From: Chrysomallon squamiferum
Taxonomy: Eukaryota > Animalia > Mollusca
DNA: 64,000 nucleotides
Assembly: GCA_012295275.1 (NCBI GenBank)
Contig: CM022672.1
Location: 17,918,001-17,982,000, forward strand
Direction: 5' to 3'
Numbering within the stretch: position 1 is the stretch's first letter; each line of letters begins with the position of its first letter. This document shows positions 28,907 through 42,664 of the stretch, in pieces. The notes below the pieces were generated by a model. That model worked only from the letters and a program-made list of their open reading frames with translations, was not told where the DNA came from and searched no databases. The position numbers were made by a program, and so were the translations under genes.

Positions 28907-29611
28907 GAAAATAAAGGAAAAGAAATTGAAATAATAATAAAAAAATAAAAATAAAAAATGAAAATGAAAGAAAGAAATAAACTAATCATAATGATAAAAT
29001 AATTAACAATTAAATAATTCCAAATTTCGATAAATAAATAAATACTTTACTATTTGAAAATTTAAAAAAATTTAAAAAGTTACCGAGTGCAAGTCAAAAT
29101 TTGCTGTTTTGAAGTATTAGAACTACTACTGGTTACAGAACTGTGAATGTGTTTCTTGAATTTACCTTAGTAAGTAAGACAAGGGCGGACGTTGTCTTAC
29201 CAAACGTCTACAAGTTCGAATCCACGTATTTACAGTGAGATAGACAGCATTTGGAGCATGATCCGTGACGCAACATCACGCAACTTTTGTCCCGCTGGGG
29301 ACGTTCTAGTGACGTCGCTAGGATGTTTAACAATGTTTGTTTTAAATATACCGTCATTATGGCTAATAGTATCGTAGCAAAAGATGTTGATTTTCTTTTC
29401 TTTTTGTTGTGCTTTTTTTTTCATTTTTCATTTTTTTTTTTTTTTACAGAATCACTTTTTAAAAATAATTTTATTTTTAATTGATTTTAGTGTGTTATTA
29501 TAAGTAATTTACTTTATACAAATTATGAACTGCGCGTTTTGCAATATAATTTAATTTTTAAAGAAATGTTAACTTTCTTCTCCAATATTTAATTAATTAA
29601 TTAATTAATTA

Positions 29612-29662
<51 letters not shown>

Positions 29663-29939
29663 TGTTTCTGCTAATTAAACCTTTTCGTATTCCCGAAACC
29701 GTGCCTCGTAGGTTTTTACCACATAACTCATGTGTAACCGCTGATCAAGGCGGGTTGAAAGTATTTTTTTTTTTTTAAATTTTATATACCTGCAGCAAAC
29801 AACATCCATTCATAACACGCGTACTGCAGCGATGAATTCATTTCATCGTAAACACTGCCCCTTTTATGTTTTCAACGTAGGTAACAACCACAGCTCGCCG
29901 ATCATGCAGACTACAGCCTTCCCTCTAGTGTGACCTTCC

Positions 29940-30030
29940 TTCCCATTGGACAGAAAACGCGAAAGCGCGCCGCTCATTGGCTAACCCGCTGTCCGATTAC
30001 ACCTGCACGTGAACTTGCTGTGACGTCAAG
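29940..30030 (+). promoter_or_regulatory. CpG-rich, TATA-less proximal promoter (two CCAAT boxes, E-box, CRE); putative alternative PPP1R3 promoter
   Basis: ATTGG at 29945-29949 and 29976-29980 (31 bp apart), CACCTG/CACGTG at 30000-30011 and perfect CRE TGACGTCA at 30021-30028, with local CpG enrichment. Candidate donor AAG|GTGAGA at 30174/30175. Confidence 0.55.
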
Positions 30031-30840
30031 ACAATGCGACCTTGAACGGCAGCTTCACCGGTGAACATAGAATGATCTCGCTGGTTTCGATTTGATCGTG
30101 TCACTTGTTTGGTGGCCTGGCCAGGAGGCAGACGGTCTGTTTTGGAGGGGTAGGATTATTTTTTTTTTAAAAAGGTGAGAAAAATCCCAGCTAAAAATAC
30201 ATTTCGGATAATATGTTTGTTGAGTGTTGTGAATCGTCTGGTTTTCCAAAAAATCGATAATTCTTCCTTGTGCTGATGTATGCAGGCCTACATCGCTCCA
30301 CCATCAGCTGATACGGGCGTCTTTTGACAGTAATCGGTAACAATTTTCATGTTTTACATCGTTTTAGACAGACAGTGTGCACTGCATGCAAATATTTGGT
30401 GGTCCTGTAAAGATTTTGTCACTGTGTTTGTAGTTATCATTTGATGTAGAGCTAGATTTAACTAGTATCGCTGGAAATTAGACCGATCGTCTAAACTTGT
30501 ATGAACAGTTTTCACCGATTTTCTGAGTCATGTTACACGCACGCACGCTGCATTTTTTCCTAGCTTGTTTTAATTATAGAGTTAGTATTCATAAATAATT
30601 TATTTCGAAACATGATTACAAATATTTCGTTTCTTAAAATGTAATAAATATTGTTAGAGACATAAGTATTTAAGAAAATAATAATAAAAAATTAAATAAA
30701 TAAATAAATAAATAAATAATAATAATTATAATAATTAACTGTATATCAGAATTAACTGTATATCAGAATCAAAAGAATTTCATTATTTATTTTAAAAAAA
30801 TGAATTTATCAATAGACACTTTTCCTGTTTACCTCTCTCT

Positions 30841-30881
<41 letters not shown>

Positions 30882-31062
30882 AAATATAGTAACGGAATTT
30901 ATCAATATTTCTCTCAGACACACACACAGTCATTTAAAATTGTAGCATACACGTCTCATCAGTTTAGTTAGATTAAACATATTTTCTTATACTTTTCTTT
31001 AATACATGGATTTACCCACGTTTTCATGTGTATATTGTACAGACAGGATCAAGCATTTTCTT

Positions 31063-31100
<38 letters not shown>

Positions 31101-31293
31101 GAAAACATAATTTACTAATTTAATTGGACCAAATTTTTAATTGAAATGACTTAACTATTATTTTTATTTATCCACGTTTTTTGGATATTTGACTTAAAAT
31201 TAGAAATTATGTTTAGGCGACAATAATATCGAATATACAGCAGTAACGAGAACTACTACTAATAATAACTTATTGATCTACTTCGCTGCATAA

Positions 31294-31346
<53 letters not shown>

Positions 31347-31692
31347 GCTGGAGCCGTCCAGTTACTGCTCTTTGTAACTCCAGCTCTAAACAGCCTGTAA
31401 ATTCCAGTTATTTATTATTGTTGTTATTATTTTTGAACAGAAATAATTGTTATTAAATCTGGTAGTTTTTATATTTATGTGTACGATGCAGTTAAAAATA
31501 ATAGGAAGCATTAGGCGAATGCAGAAGGATGTTGGTAAGCACGACTTTCTTTCCTGTATCTGTCGGAGCTAGGATTATAATGTAAAGTAAATAAGGGGAT
31601 TGGCACGTGGACGCTAAGTGGGAGTCAAACATTGACTGGGAAGTGTTAGCTCGAGAAACCACGGGCCGCCGGATCTGTTCACCTCGGTGAAC

Positions 31693-31734
<42 letters not shown>

Positions 31735-31743
31735 AATGTAATG

Positions 31744-32042
31744 AAAAAAGGGAAAAACGGGATGTAAATAAAAATATTAAATGCTTCCAATTCCATTCAT
31801 TGCTACAGGAAAGAAGAAAAATCAAAGCTTTAATAAAGTTAACGATCTCCTTTGGAGAAAATTAACTTCTCGAGATTCCTCGGTGTTGAGGATAACTTTT
31901 AGTGTCAGAAGCAGCGCTGTTTAAAATATGTTTAACTGAGATGACGTTAAATACGTAACAAGTTGAATGAATGGAATGTTAAGTGTAACAAGAGGCATGT
32001 GAAATATTAACGTTATAAACATTATAATATATAGTTCGTAAA
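31744..32042 (-). repeat. Dispersed ~300-bp repeat, copy B (inverted relative to copy A)
   Basis: Direct read-through against 5876-6171. Flanked by poly-A and (TAA)n. Confidence 0.9.
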
Positions 32043-32496
32043 GAGATGTAATAATAATAATAAAATAAAAAATAATAATAAAATAATAATGATATTTTAA
32101 TAAATGTCCTTAATAACAATATAAATAAATAAATAAATAAATAAATAAAGTAATAAACTGTCCTTTACTACTCAGCTAAAGATTTTACCATAAAATAACA
32201 ATTCTAAATATATTGCTACTGATAATGATGATGATGCTACATCAGTCGGCCACAATGGAATATAGTATGTCATCCATTTCTGAACCAAGAAACCTGACTG
32301 GTGGGACTGTGTGTTATTTACCCCGTCTGATGGGTTAGCTATCTCTAGTTTCTTTAAATAACTCGACATCTTTAAGCCGAACAAGACGTCTGTAGTTATC
32401 GTTTGCACAAATCGCCTTAAGTCTTCACTGAATGCGCGCATCTACAACATCAAAAAAACTGAAAATAATTTAATCTAGACTTTCTTAATGCCGTTT

Positions 32497-32527
<31 letters not shown>

Positions 32528-34024
32528 TTATTTTGGCACAGTCTTACTGTTCTATAATGAATATGCGTTCTTAACTTCACTAACACACAATCAGGACCTG
32601 CTTCTTTCTTTTCTGCATTTTGCATTAACGCAGTGCAGCATCAAACCAGAATCAGTTATCATCAGTGCATCATTATTTTGTTTAACAAAAGGCCGCAAGA
32701 TATGCTTTCTTGTTAATTGTAAGGTGTCTTAATATACGACCTCTAAAACTGCTAATTAATAAGAATACCGTATAAAAAGCGATTTCCTCTTGCAATGATT
32801 TTATAAAAATGCATTCAACTCTTTAATTATGTTAATAGAAAAAAAAAGAAAAAAAAGGATGTTCATGTTTAATTCATTTCGTCCAGAAATAAATGTATCT
32901 GTTCAGTAATTGTACAGCAACAGTTAATACCAAAGTTTCCGCTAGACATAACTTAATGTTTCTATTGCTTATTTATTTATTTATTTATTATTATTTTGTT
33001 TTTTGAATTAGTATATTTTTTTCTGTCTGATAAAGGAGGATTTTGACTTGCATATTGACTCTTTTATGTTCCTACTGCTGCACATACTCGATAATAATAA
33101 CAAATAGATAAAAAAAAGAAAAAAAAAAAAAAAAGCCAAAACCACAATCCATTAACGGGATGGTTAGACCCCATTCAGTCTACCGTTTCTGTAAAACTAA
33201 TCTCAATTCGTTTTTCTTCCTCAAAGCTCACACAGTTGCGTATGTACAATGATGATGAAAGATGCTGAAATGTTAATCACTGAGATAAATATGGCAAAAC
33301 ATTGGCTGTTAAAGTGGTGTAGCGCTTGCCTTCAAATGTCCAGTTTGATTATAATTTATCAAATGTCTCTTTTGACCTCAGATTGTCTGTAATACATCTC
33401 TGACAGACGAATTACATACAATTCGATTTCAGTTAGTTTGAACATAAAAAAAGTATCGATCTTTATTAAGTAAATAAACCGAGAAATCGAAATGGCTGAA
33501 CAAAAATAAACCTTGATTAATGTGTTACTTAATTCTTGTTGTTACGACGCAGGTTCGTAATTAAGGCAAAAAATAGTATTTTTCCGTTTTCCTTCGTGTG
33601 TGGAATAACAAAGTTGTAAGTGTTTGTGCAGCAGCGTATTTTATATCAAATAATGAAAAGTCATGCAAACTGTGACGACATTTAGTTTTAGTAATTTATT
33701 GTTGCTTGGTAAAATAGGAAAATTCCGTACTAGTAATTAGCAAGTTGCTATAGCAGTAGTTGCACTTGGCTACACTGACGTAGAGTTCTGCTACATATAT
33801 CTCTTGCGTTTAGATTTTCATCTGATTTATAGTTTGTTGTCAGGGTGGAATATGTGGTTTGTGTGTATATATATATATATATAACTGATATATGTTTGCT
33901 TTAAATTTAATGTGGTTTATTTATCTTAAAATCTCTATCATCCTATTTTTGTGAAGATTTCATTTGATGGTTCGTATCATTTTATTTCGTTTTTGTTGGA
34001 TACGTTTTTTTTGTTCTTCAAACT

Positions 34025-34140
<116 letters not shown>

Positions 34141-34698
34141 AATCGACATACACCTAATTAAAGAACAGTGATCGTTCAGTGACGTGACTTCCAGTCCTGG
34201 GTGTATTAGACGGCCGAGGACTTAGCATCTGGTAAAGTGTAAGGAAAAACAATACTGACATCTCCCGAACATTACTGAATCATTGTACAGTGCACGAACC
34301 ACACTGTTTTCGGCGTGTGAATATTTCTGGTTACTCTTACTATAAAAATACCGAAATTACGGCCTGCGAACAGTACAACATACTCTTTTTGGCTTAGGAA
34401 TATTGGAATGAAAGTAACCTTGAATACCAGAATGTACAAATATATATAATAGATTACAGCAACTGGATATTGACTGCAACACACTTGACTGCTTGCACTT
34501 TAACTGCATTGAGTAATATTGTTTTTTCCAGTTTTACGACAACCTTGTACCTTAGAGGTGGTCCAAAAGGTTGACCAACGCCGTTAGCTATGCAGTTAAC
34601 AAAATTGAAGATGATGATGATGATGAAATTAATTTTATTTACAAATTTTTACCGAAAGTATAACTCTATTTGTCCTTTTTTTCTTTCCAGATCTTCAA

Positions 34699-35658
34699 AT
34701 GTTGGAATTCGCCACGCCAAGTTTGTCTACCAGACAAAGCATGCCTGTAGATTATGCTACCTATCTCCTTTCATCGTCACCTCCGCCAAACACCTTCGAC
34801 TTGCTCAGTGTCGCCTTTTCGCCTCTGACTATCCACAACGATGCGGGCGATCAACTTGCCGGCGGCTGCAGCAGGGGTAAGGGCCGGCCTCGCCTCAGCC
34901 CACTGAAACCCATCATCATCAGGTCGGACAGTAACGAGGGTTTGTCGGTTTCTTCGGACGACTCGGCACCGCAGTCGCCGGAGTCTCCACGCTCGCCAGG
35001 AAGAAACAAGAAGAAGGTTTCCTTCGCAGACCTCCGTGGACAAGCTCTGGCTACTGTTCGCCTCATCACAGAACCGTCGGATCTTCCGCCCAAGCTGAAC
35101 CCGGGGATCCTGTCGTCCATCACGCAAGGCGCCTATGCCGACGTCACGGAGCAGCCGCCGCTGAAGCTGCTGTTTTCGCAGCCGGCTTCCGATTACATGG
35201 CATTCAGAGACAAGGTGGAAAAGTCGTGCGTCTGTCTGGAGAACGTCATTCTCAAGGACTACGACGTCATAGGGACGATCAAAGTCAAGAACGTGTGCTT
35301 CGAGAAGAAAGTCTTTCTCCGCTGCAGCTTCGATAACTGGAAAAGTTTCACCGACGTGCTCGCAAAATTCGTTCCCGGACCAGGAGAGACGTCCGGCAGG
35401 CCGAATATCTTCGACACGTTCTCGTTCGAGTTCAGCATCCCCACGGACTTGGACAGGAACCAAAAGATCGAATTTGCAGTGTGTTTCGAAACTCCGGACG
35501 GACAGTATTGGGATAATGACAATGGGTCGAATTATCAGATAGTCTTCTCAGACTTCAAGAGTAAAGAATCTTTCGAATCCGTCAGTGGACTGCAAAATGC
35601 CCCTGCGTGGACAGAGTACAAGTGGAATCAAGAGGACACGCATCCTACGTACTACTGA
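34699..35658 (+). CDS. PPP1R3: Protein phosphatase 1 glycogen-targeting regulatory subunit (PPP1R3B/3C/PTG-like, CBM21 domain); CDS in a single exon
   Basis: 319-aa GC-rich ORF in an AT-rich background. Has the PP1-docking RVxF motif (KKKVSFAD), FSQPASDY, VCLENV, the glycogen-binding motif GTIKVKNVCFEKKV, the glycogen-synthase-binding-type motif YWDNDNGSNY, N-terminal MPVD..SPP as in vertebrate PTG, and C-terminal W..PTYY. Strong acceptor (pyrimidine tract + CCAG) ends at 34690. Start could be 34699 or 34741 (MPVDY). The B versus C orthology cannot be resolved. Confidence 0.95.
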   Translation: MLEFATPSLSTRQSMPVDYATYLLSSSPPPNTFDLLSVAFSPLTIHNDAGDQLAGGCSRGKGRPRLSPLKPIIIRSDSNEGLSVSSDDSAPQSPESPRSPGRNKKKVSFADLRGQALATVRLITEPSDLPPKLNPGILSSITQGAYADVTEQPPLKLLFSQPASDYMAFRDKVEKSCVCLENVILKDYDVIGTIKVKNVCFEKKVFLRCSFDNWKSFTDVLAKFVPGPGETSGRPNIFDTFSFEFSIPTDLDRNQKIEFAVCFETPDGQYWDNDNGSNYQIVFSDFKSKESFESVSGLQNAPAWTEYKWNQEDTHPTYY

Positions 35659-35933
35659 TGGGTGCCTTGGATCATGCCATATCAACTTAACAGATGACAA
35701 AGAGGTCAAACGAAGAAGAAGAAAAAAACAACAAACAATTGCTTTTAAACTGATGGAAGAGAAGTTGTATTATGTTTTTAGTTGCTTTTTTTTTTTTTTT
35801 TTTTTTTTGTGAATCACTCTTGATCATGTGGTGCCTCGGCACACACAAAACATCTACGCAAAAAGAAAGATATATAAAATATTCTCTTCTGAAAAAAAAA
35901 AAAATAATAATAAAAACAAAAACATTTAAAAAG

Positions 35934-35964
<31 letters not shown>

Positions 35965-36615
35965 TAATAGAAACTAAAACCTGTAAGTAATAACAATTTA
36001 GGAATGATCTTGTGTGGACATGTTTATCCTAATGTAGAAGAAAATACTTATTAAATCCATTTCTGTGTGTAGAATCTTTACCATTGCACTGGCGCACGTC
36101 GTAACGGAAAAACTGTTTCTAGTGTGTGTACTTGAATTGTATTCGCGTGTAAGTAATTTAATCACGACTTGAGAACGAAAAAAAAAAATTCTCCAGATTT
36201 TCACGTGCATGTTTATATATACATTTACATAGTTGCAGTATGTAGATGTGTATATATATGTATATACATTACTATTACTAAATATATATTTTGCAATGAG
36301 GCACTTGGGATATATTTGCTTCGATATAGTCAGTTTTTTTTTCTTTTCTTTGGTAATTTGACCAGTAAAGTCCTTTGGGCATTTTAGTGTGTCTACCTCT
36401 ACAGTACAATTAATCTGTAACCAGCGACTTTATTTGAAACAATATTGTGTCCGTTTTGTGATAATATATTTTTGTAAATGTATGTACATATTTCTATATT
36501 TTTGAAAATAGACTACGCAAGTTGTGATATAGAAAAAAAGAAAAAAAGAAAAAAAAGGGGGCTGGATAATGGGATTTGGCCAGATCGCCACTGCAAGAGC
36601 GAATTTATTTTCATC

Positions 36616-36660
<45 letters not shown>

Positions 36661-37046
36661 CGAACATATTTGGTTTTAAACTACTTAATCTTCAAAATAT
36701 GCAGATTCCGAGGTAAAGATTACAACGTTAAGCAAATGTATCCCATAATTCTGTGATTGGAGGACTGTGATTTGGCTAAACGTAACGATTTACTTAACAG
36801 ATTTTTAATTATTATTAATATATATTGTTTGTTTTTTTGAAAATGTCATTCCTTTTGCTGTTAAACAGATTGCAGTGATCACGTAGTATGTACAGTTCTC
36901 TGGATTGAAGTCGCAATAAGGCGGGGTAATGTGGTAATATAGGCGCCTTTTTATTGGAGCAAATTTAATTACCATCTGAAAAGAAAAATTCAGATATGTT
37001 CACTTCTTTCGTTCCTTATGTTCACTTGTGTTTTTATTGTTGTTAC

Positions 37047-37107
<61 letters not shown>

Positions 37108-37327
37108 TTATTTTATTTTATTTTTTTTTTTTTTTATATAAAATTAAGAAGGAATGTATGCGCTGTTATTTAAATAATCTGTCGTTCCAGAAACAGTTGA
37201 AGGCAGAACAAATATATATATTTTTTTTATTAATTTGATTTCTGTTTGTACCAGAATTACAATATTAAGGTTAACACTGAAATAGACTTTGTTTCCTACA
37301 TCTTATCTTTTAACTTTATACTGTATT

Positions 37328-37369
<42 letters not shown>

Positions 37370-37760
37370 GGGGCTAAAGTAATAAAAATTTGGCTCCAAC
37401 GAAAATTACCTGAAAGAATATGCACATACATTAAGAGCCTGTTACATATGTACAGTATTAACACTTTCTTGGCAGCTATAGGAGATATCAATTGTAAATA
37501 ACAAACATTTCGCTTCTTAAGCCGCTTGTCACTGTCTATATATATATATATAGGTGCGTTAGATGTCACTGTGTTACAATATTTCTATTATTTTTTTACT
37601 TTTTTATTTTTATTTTTTTCAATGTATGCTGTGTAAATTTTTTTTTTTTCTCATTTTTGTACTGTGCCTTTCTAAACATGTGTCTCACTTTGCTCTGATG
37701 CATAATGTAATGGGCACAGTGTGTTTATATAACCTTTGTAAAATCTGTATTTCTAAATAA
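35659..37760 (+). other. Probable long AU-rich 3'UTR of PPP1R3 (3' end uncertain)
   Basis: TGTA-rich, U-rich sequence after the stop, with Pumilio-type and miRNA seed-match motifs. AATAAA candidates at 37381 and about 38269. Confidence 0.4.
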
Positions 37761-39797
37761 TGAATTACAAAATGTTTTTCACGATCCAGCCGATCGAGGG
37801 CGATGATTCATAGGGTGGCAGGTGTGTGTAGCTGCAGAACAGCACATGAAAAGCACGATCGTTCAAAAGCATGGGAGGTAGATAGGTGTATTCTAATCAA
37901 CAGTTAAAAATATCGTGGAATAGATCATTTTCTTCAGCAGAGCTAATTAAATTCATTTTTGTGAAATTGCTTTCTGTTAAACATAGTTGCAGTTATTATT
38001 ATTATTATTATTATTATTGTTGTTATTATTGTTATTGTTATTATTATTGTTATTATTATTACTATTATTATTATGATTATTATTAGTAGTAGTAGTATTA
38101 TAAGTATTAGTATTAGTATTTTAACTACAAAATGTAAGGAATCAGATAAGACTTTTTTTTGAGTTTTTCTTATTTATCTTATTTGTTCCTGATTTAAGTT
38201 ATCTAATTTTGTAACTTTTTATCTAAATTATTATTATTAGTATTTTTTAATATTCATTCACCGTCGCAGAATAAAATCTGTTATCTAGGTATGTTAACAT
38301 TAAAAAGTTCTTGGACGGCGAATAACTGTTCTCTGATCGGTTAGTGAACAAAATCAATGAAAATCACGTGATCGAACTGTGGCCAATATTGTGGTTCGAC
38401 TATAATAATATAAGAAAGAAAAATAATATATAAAAAAAAAAAGTTATAGTAATGGTGGAAATTCATGGAAAAGAATAATTCTCATGACCGCCCAAATTTA
38501 GATTGTATTTTATAGATAAGCTCAAATTCGTTCGTGCTCATGTTTAATAATAGACATACATCTGATTTCTAGGTTGAAGAAATACGGTACTGGAAACGTA
38601 AAACTTCCAAACAATTTTTGTTTTTAAAAGAATGTATAAATAATTATGATTTTCATGTAGATAAAAAAAAAAAAAAAAAAAAAGTGTAGGAAACCTAGAA
38701 GGTTGTTTGCTAAATGCATAATTGTACTTCTGGCAAAACTGGAGCCATTTTTTTTGGAAGACACGAACATAATCACGTGAGTTCATTTTTGTACACAGTT
38801 TCTACCTCTTAACCTGAGGCTACACAACGAACAGGTGCCATTACTGTGAAACATTAAATTATCGAAATGCTGTCTGTCTGATAACTGCAAACTCCCTGAC
38901 AATTGAAAGCTTTAATATTCTCCTAGAATACTTTAATAAATGAATATACCTTTTTTCTTCTGAAACGTATGCTTTAATGTATCTTTTTTCTTTTTTTTTT
39001 TACTCAGGTTCCCTCTTATTACTTATCGGTTTTTTTTTTTTTTTATTTATTTTTTTTTTTTACATAGTGTGTCTGATTTGTTTTGTTAGTGTAGTAAGCA
39101 TGTTTTTTTTTTAACATCGTCGTAGCCGTAAACTCACTTCGCGAACGCTTTAAAAATCAGTATTAATTTGTAGTAATTTTTTTTTTTTTTTTTTTTTTTT
39201 TTCACTAGCGTTCCCCTCTTCTTTTATTTTAAAGTTTTAATTAATATATTTAGTCCACAATCACATTTTTTTTATACGGCATCTCACGCATGCAAATTTA
39301 ATGTACAGATTAGTTCGTAAAAAAAAAAAAAAAAATTTGATTTCGTGTATGTAGATCAGATTCGGTTTGAGAAAGTTGCGACGGAAGAAAACGTGGTGCT
39401 GTGCGTCACGAATGGTGCTTTGACAAATTAATTGTATATTAAGTTTTGTACAGTAGTCCTGAGAGGGGTGATCATTATTATCGTATGTTTGTGAATGATG
39501 TACATATGTTACGTGCAAAATTGCAATAAATTGTTAAAGGTGTGTATAAAAAAATGGTTTTTCTGTGTTTTTTTTTCTTTATTTTATTAGATTACAGTGT
39601 TGTTGTTTTACGATTAACGCAGTTGTTATATATTTATTACTTGTCGGTGTGAATATTTACTTCTAAGTAAAAACCCAGAAACAAATGTTTGTGGAAGAAG
39701 AAAAGGGGATGTGTGACTATTATATAACTATTTCCTTTTGCCTATTATTATTATCATTATCTTTATTATATTATTATTATGATTATTATGATTATAA

Positions 39798-39850
<53 letters not shown>

Positions 39851-39867
39851 TATTATTATTATTTAAT

Positions 39868-39902
<35 letters not shown>

Positions 39903-41374
39903 CGGTAGTAGTAGCGGTAGTATAACTAATAACGTCTTAAAGTTTTATTCCGCAATGACTTCATCATTTTCCAGAATTCTCTATCTGGTTGTGATGTAGT
40001 TTACGGTTTGTTTCTAGAACGGGTTGCTGCATCAGTTTCAGACACATGGCTTAAAGATGAGTCTTATCTTCACCTCCAGTATTTCACCTGTCTGTGCATC
40101 ACACGTATTACGAACGCACGTGTACTTACGTGCACGTAAACATGTTGAAACACACAGGGTTGGATTTTGATACGCGCATGCAGTAGAAATGTGCTTTCAT
40201 AAGCCTAAACAGTCTCAAAAGTAAAAAAAAAAAGAAAGTAATATATATATATATTCGTGCACTGGTGCACATTATTACATACACATGATCATAAACATAC
40301 ATTCTTCACACAATTGCTGCATTCACCTATACGCACGCGCGCGCAAAGATGGACACGTGAACTCTGATGTGCACTTGCACATACATTCACGTACACATCA
40401 CACACACACACACACACAAATATACTCGTACTTACACCGTGAATCGATATTTGTATTAGTCATTTCAACACATGACATACTTAGAGTTTTCCGATCGTTT
40501 CAGCCTTTTTCGTACTTCAGACGTACATCTCGCTGTTAACATTTTACTGCAAATCTCGCATAAAAACTCGGGACTGTGTCAGCATAGAACAAACTTTTGA
40601 GTTTTGCGGTTTCTGGTTGCCATGATTTTTACCCAGAAACGCCGAACGTGGGCCAAATGCCAAACCCCGAACAGAGATAGCAAAAACGCCTCTTTCCTCC
40701 AAAACTCTTTCCTCTTTTCAGAGATTCCAAGCTTACTTACTCGTATTGCTACTCTCAGGTTTTTTCGGCACTATTAATTATATATTGTGGTTTAAGCTGG
40801 AACAAAGAACAGGTTTGAAGAGAGAAAAAATGAGTCCTGTATTTTAATTCAGAAATTTGAATTTGCTGTTAAGTAAACACTGATATCGTGAAAACTAAGT
40901 AGATTCCATTAAAAGGTGGGGTTAAGAAAAAGAAATAAAATAAAGAAAGGGAAAGCGAAAAAGAGAAAGAACTGTAAAAAAAATAAAAAAATAAACTGCT
41001 ATAGCAACAAAAGATGAATGTAAAGAACATTTAGAACACAAGACATACGCAGAAAAACAAAGCAAACGACGACAACAACAGTATGAAGAACTTAGGGTAT
41101 AAAATCAATTCATAAATGTTTCACTTAATAGTAATCTGCAAAAGAAACTAGACACATAGGAGTAAATAAAATAATTTTTACGTACTGATATTTATTTCGT
41201 TGAAAAAATACATATGTTTCTATATTTTCGGGCACTGACAAAAAAAAATATCAATTTTTCGGATAGAATTATATTTACCTGAATAAATTACATGTTATTT
41301 AAATAACACTGCAAAGCCTCACTGCAAATCGGCATTCTCACCTTCGCAAGATAAAGCTGCTATCTTAAGACAGT

Positions 41375-41464
<90 letters not shown>

Positions 41465-42621
41465 CCTCCCTCCCCCCTCTCTCTCTGTCTGTGTCTCTCC
41501 CTCCCTCCCCCTCTCTCCCCTCCCCTCTCTCTCTCTGTCTATCTATCTATCTATCTCTCTATGTGTGTGTGTGTGTGTGTGTTTTCGCGCGCGCGCGTAT
41601 GCGTTTGATTAGACATATAAACAGACATTCAAAAACGATTTAATATCTCGATAATTCTTTGCCTATATTTTAAAATGTCTGACACTAACAATATATAGAG
41701 TTATTTAGCATTTACCGTTATTCTGAGAATATATTTAGTGCTAATCAATTGTAATTAATTATTCCCCGTTGTGTGTTAGTGGCTTACTCAAGTGCATGTT
41801 GCATCAGATGAAGACGCTGTTACATCATGTTACTGAACGTGTATACTGCACGCACACAAAAACCACAATCAGTATATATCTTAAAGGAGAAATAGGATTT
41901 ATGATAAATAAAAATATAAATAAATACATTTGACTGCTTCAACTGATTACTAGAAAACTAATACAGAAATAACAAACACAACAAAAAACAACAAAAAAAC
42001 GACAACAGTGTTATGGATTTGTTTGTTTGTTTGTTTTTTTTTTTTTTTTTTTTTTTTTTTTGTAGTTTTACTGTTATTTAAAAGTAAGAGTTAATAAAAT
42101 ATTAATAAAAGAAAAAATCATCCTTTTCCAATCCAGCCGATGGAGGGATGATTCATTTGGTGACAGATGTTTCTTTTGTTTTTCAGGTCGATGTAATAAA
42201 AAAATATACTCATTAAAAACGGACCGTCGTGCTTCGTGTAATACATAATTATACAGTTCAATTTCTATTTTTTATATATATTTTACGAGGCTTAAATACT
42301 AACACGAATCCATGACAGTTATATTCAGTATTTTCACGTGTATGCAACAATTTTGACGTAATGTTTCTTTAAAGGCAGGAATTATTCAACATATTCATGT
42401 AGCAATAAAACAGTTTAGACTCCAAGTTTCATACAATATATATATTTTAGTAGTGAAACTGTTATGACGTCAGATTTCATGGATGGCAAGATATTATACA
42501 GGGTGTGCACAGTCTATACGCTTTAAAACATCCTTTAAATCCGATAATGTAGAGCTTTTGGAGCCATCAGATCTTGTTTCTGAATTTCCTTGTTTACAGT
42601 TATGTGTGTGTGTGTGTGTAG

Positions 42622-42664
<43 letters not shown>

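Noticed and set aside
34777-35463. 228-aa antisense ORF over PPP1R3
   Set aside because: In-register mirror of a GC-rich CDS, with no recognisable domain.
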